DNA of 49,562 bases from Deinococcota bacterium (GTDB lineage Bacteria; Deinococcota; Deinococci; Deinococcales; Thermaceae): contig JBGFRI010000022.1 in NCBI GenBank assembly GCA_041695225.1, forward strand, positions 1-49,562. Direction: 5' to 3'. The notes below the pieces were generated by a model. The model was not told the origin of the DNA, ran no database searches, and saw nothing but the letters and a program-made list of their open reading frames with translations. The position numbers were made by a program, and so were the translations under genes. Below are positions 49,307 through 49,562 of the stretch, one piece after another. Position 1 is the stretch's first letter. Each line of letters starts with the position of its first letter.

Positions 49307-49562
<256 letters not shown>

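Overview
GC-rich bacterial chromosomal segment of the phylum Deinococcota, most likely Meiothermus or a close Thermaceae relative. This is inferred from the two-OB-fold SSB, the Thermus-like S18, photolyase and ilv-leu-cimA order, and many leaderless genes with TANNNT 6-7 nt before the start codon. Content is mostly housekeeping and stress genes: pdxH, a YgjP-like metalloprotease, two paralogous sugar/G3P-type SBPs with permeases, a USP-CBM48-HTH-DegV-GNAT cluster, DUF4397, photolyase, dipeptidase, a peptide ABC operon plus SDR, M20 peptidase, glpD, EamA, prolyl oligopeptidase, USP/PRTase/Hsp20, rhomboid, rpsF-ssb-rpsR-rplI, murA, a GH13 enzyme, CM-DAHP synthase, a polyferredoxin, an attenuated ilvB-ilvN-ilvC-leuA...cimA operon with an inserted nucleotidyltransferase module, and a type III PKS operon. 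An IS110 3' end lies at the right edge and a possible IS630 5' end at the left edge. The most unusual signals are non-coding. (1) Heptamer-repeat hairpins sit at operon gene junctions, and one array abuts the IS110 end. (2) Two ~260-280 bp cassettes use the same ~60 bp direct-repeat pair to flank different REP-like palindromes. (3) A CarH/LitR-like 11-bp-phased operator lies near the photolyase. Protein-level oddities include a clamp-binding-like motif in the YgjP protease, near absence of Lys in exported proteins, and a Trp-to-Cys change in the photolyase triad. All calls are by eye; no database searches were run.
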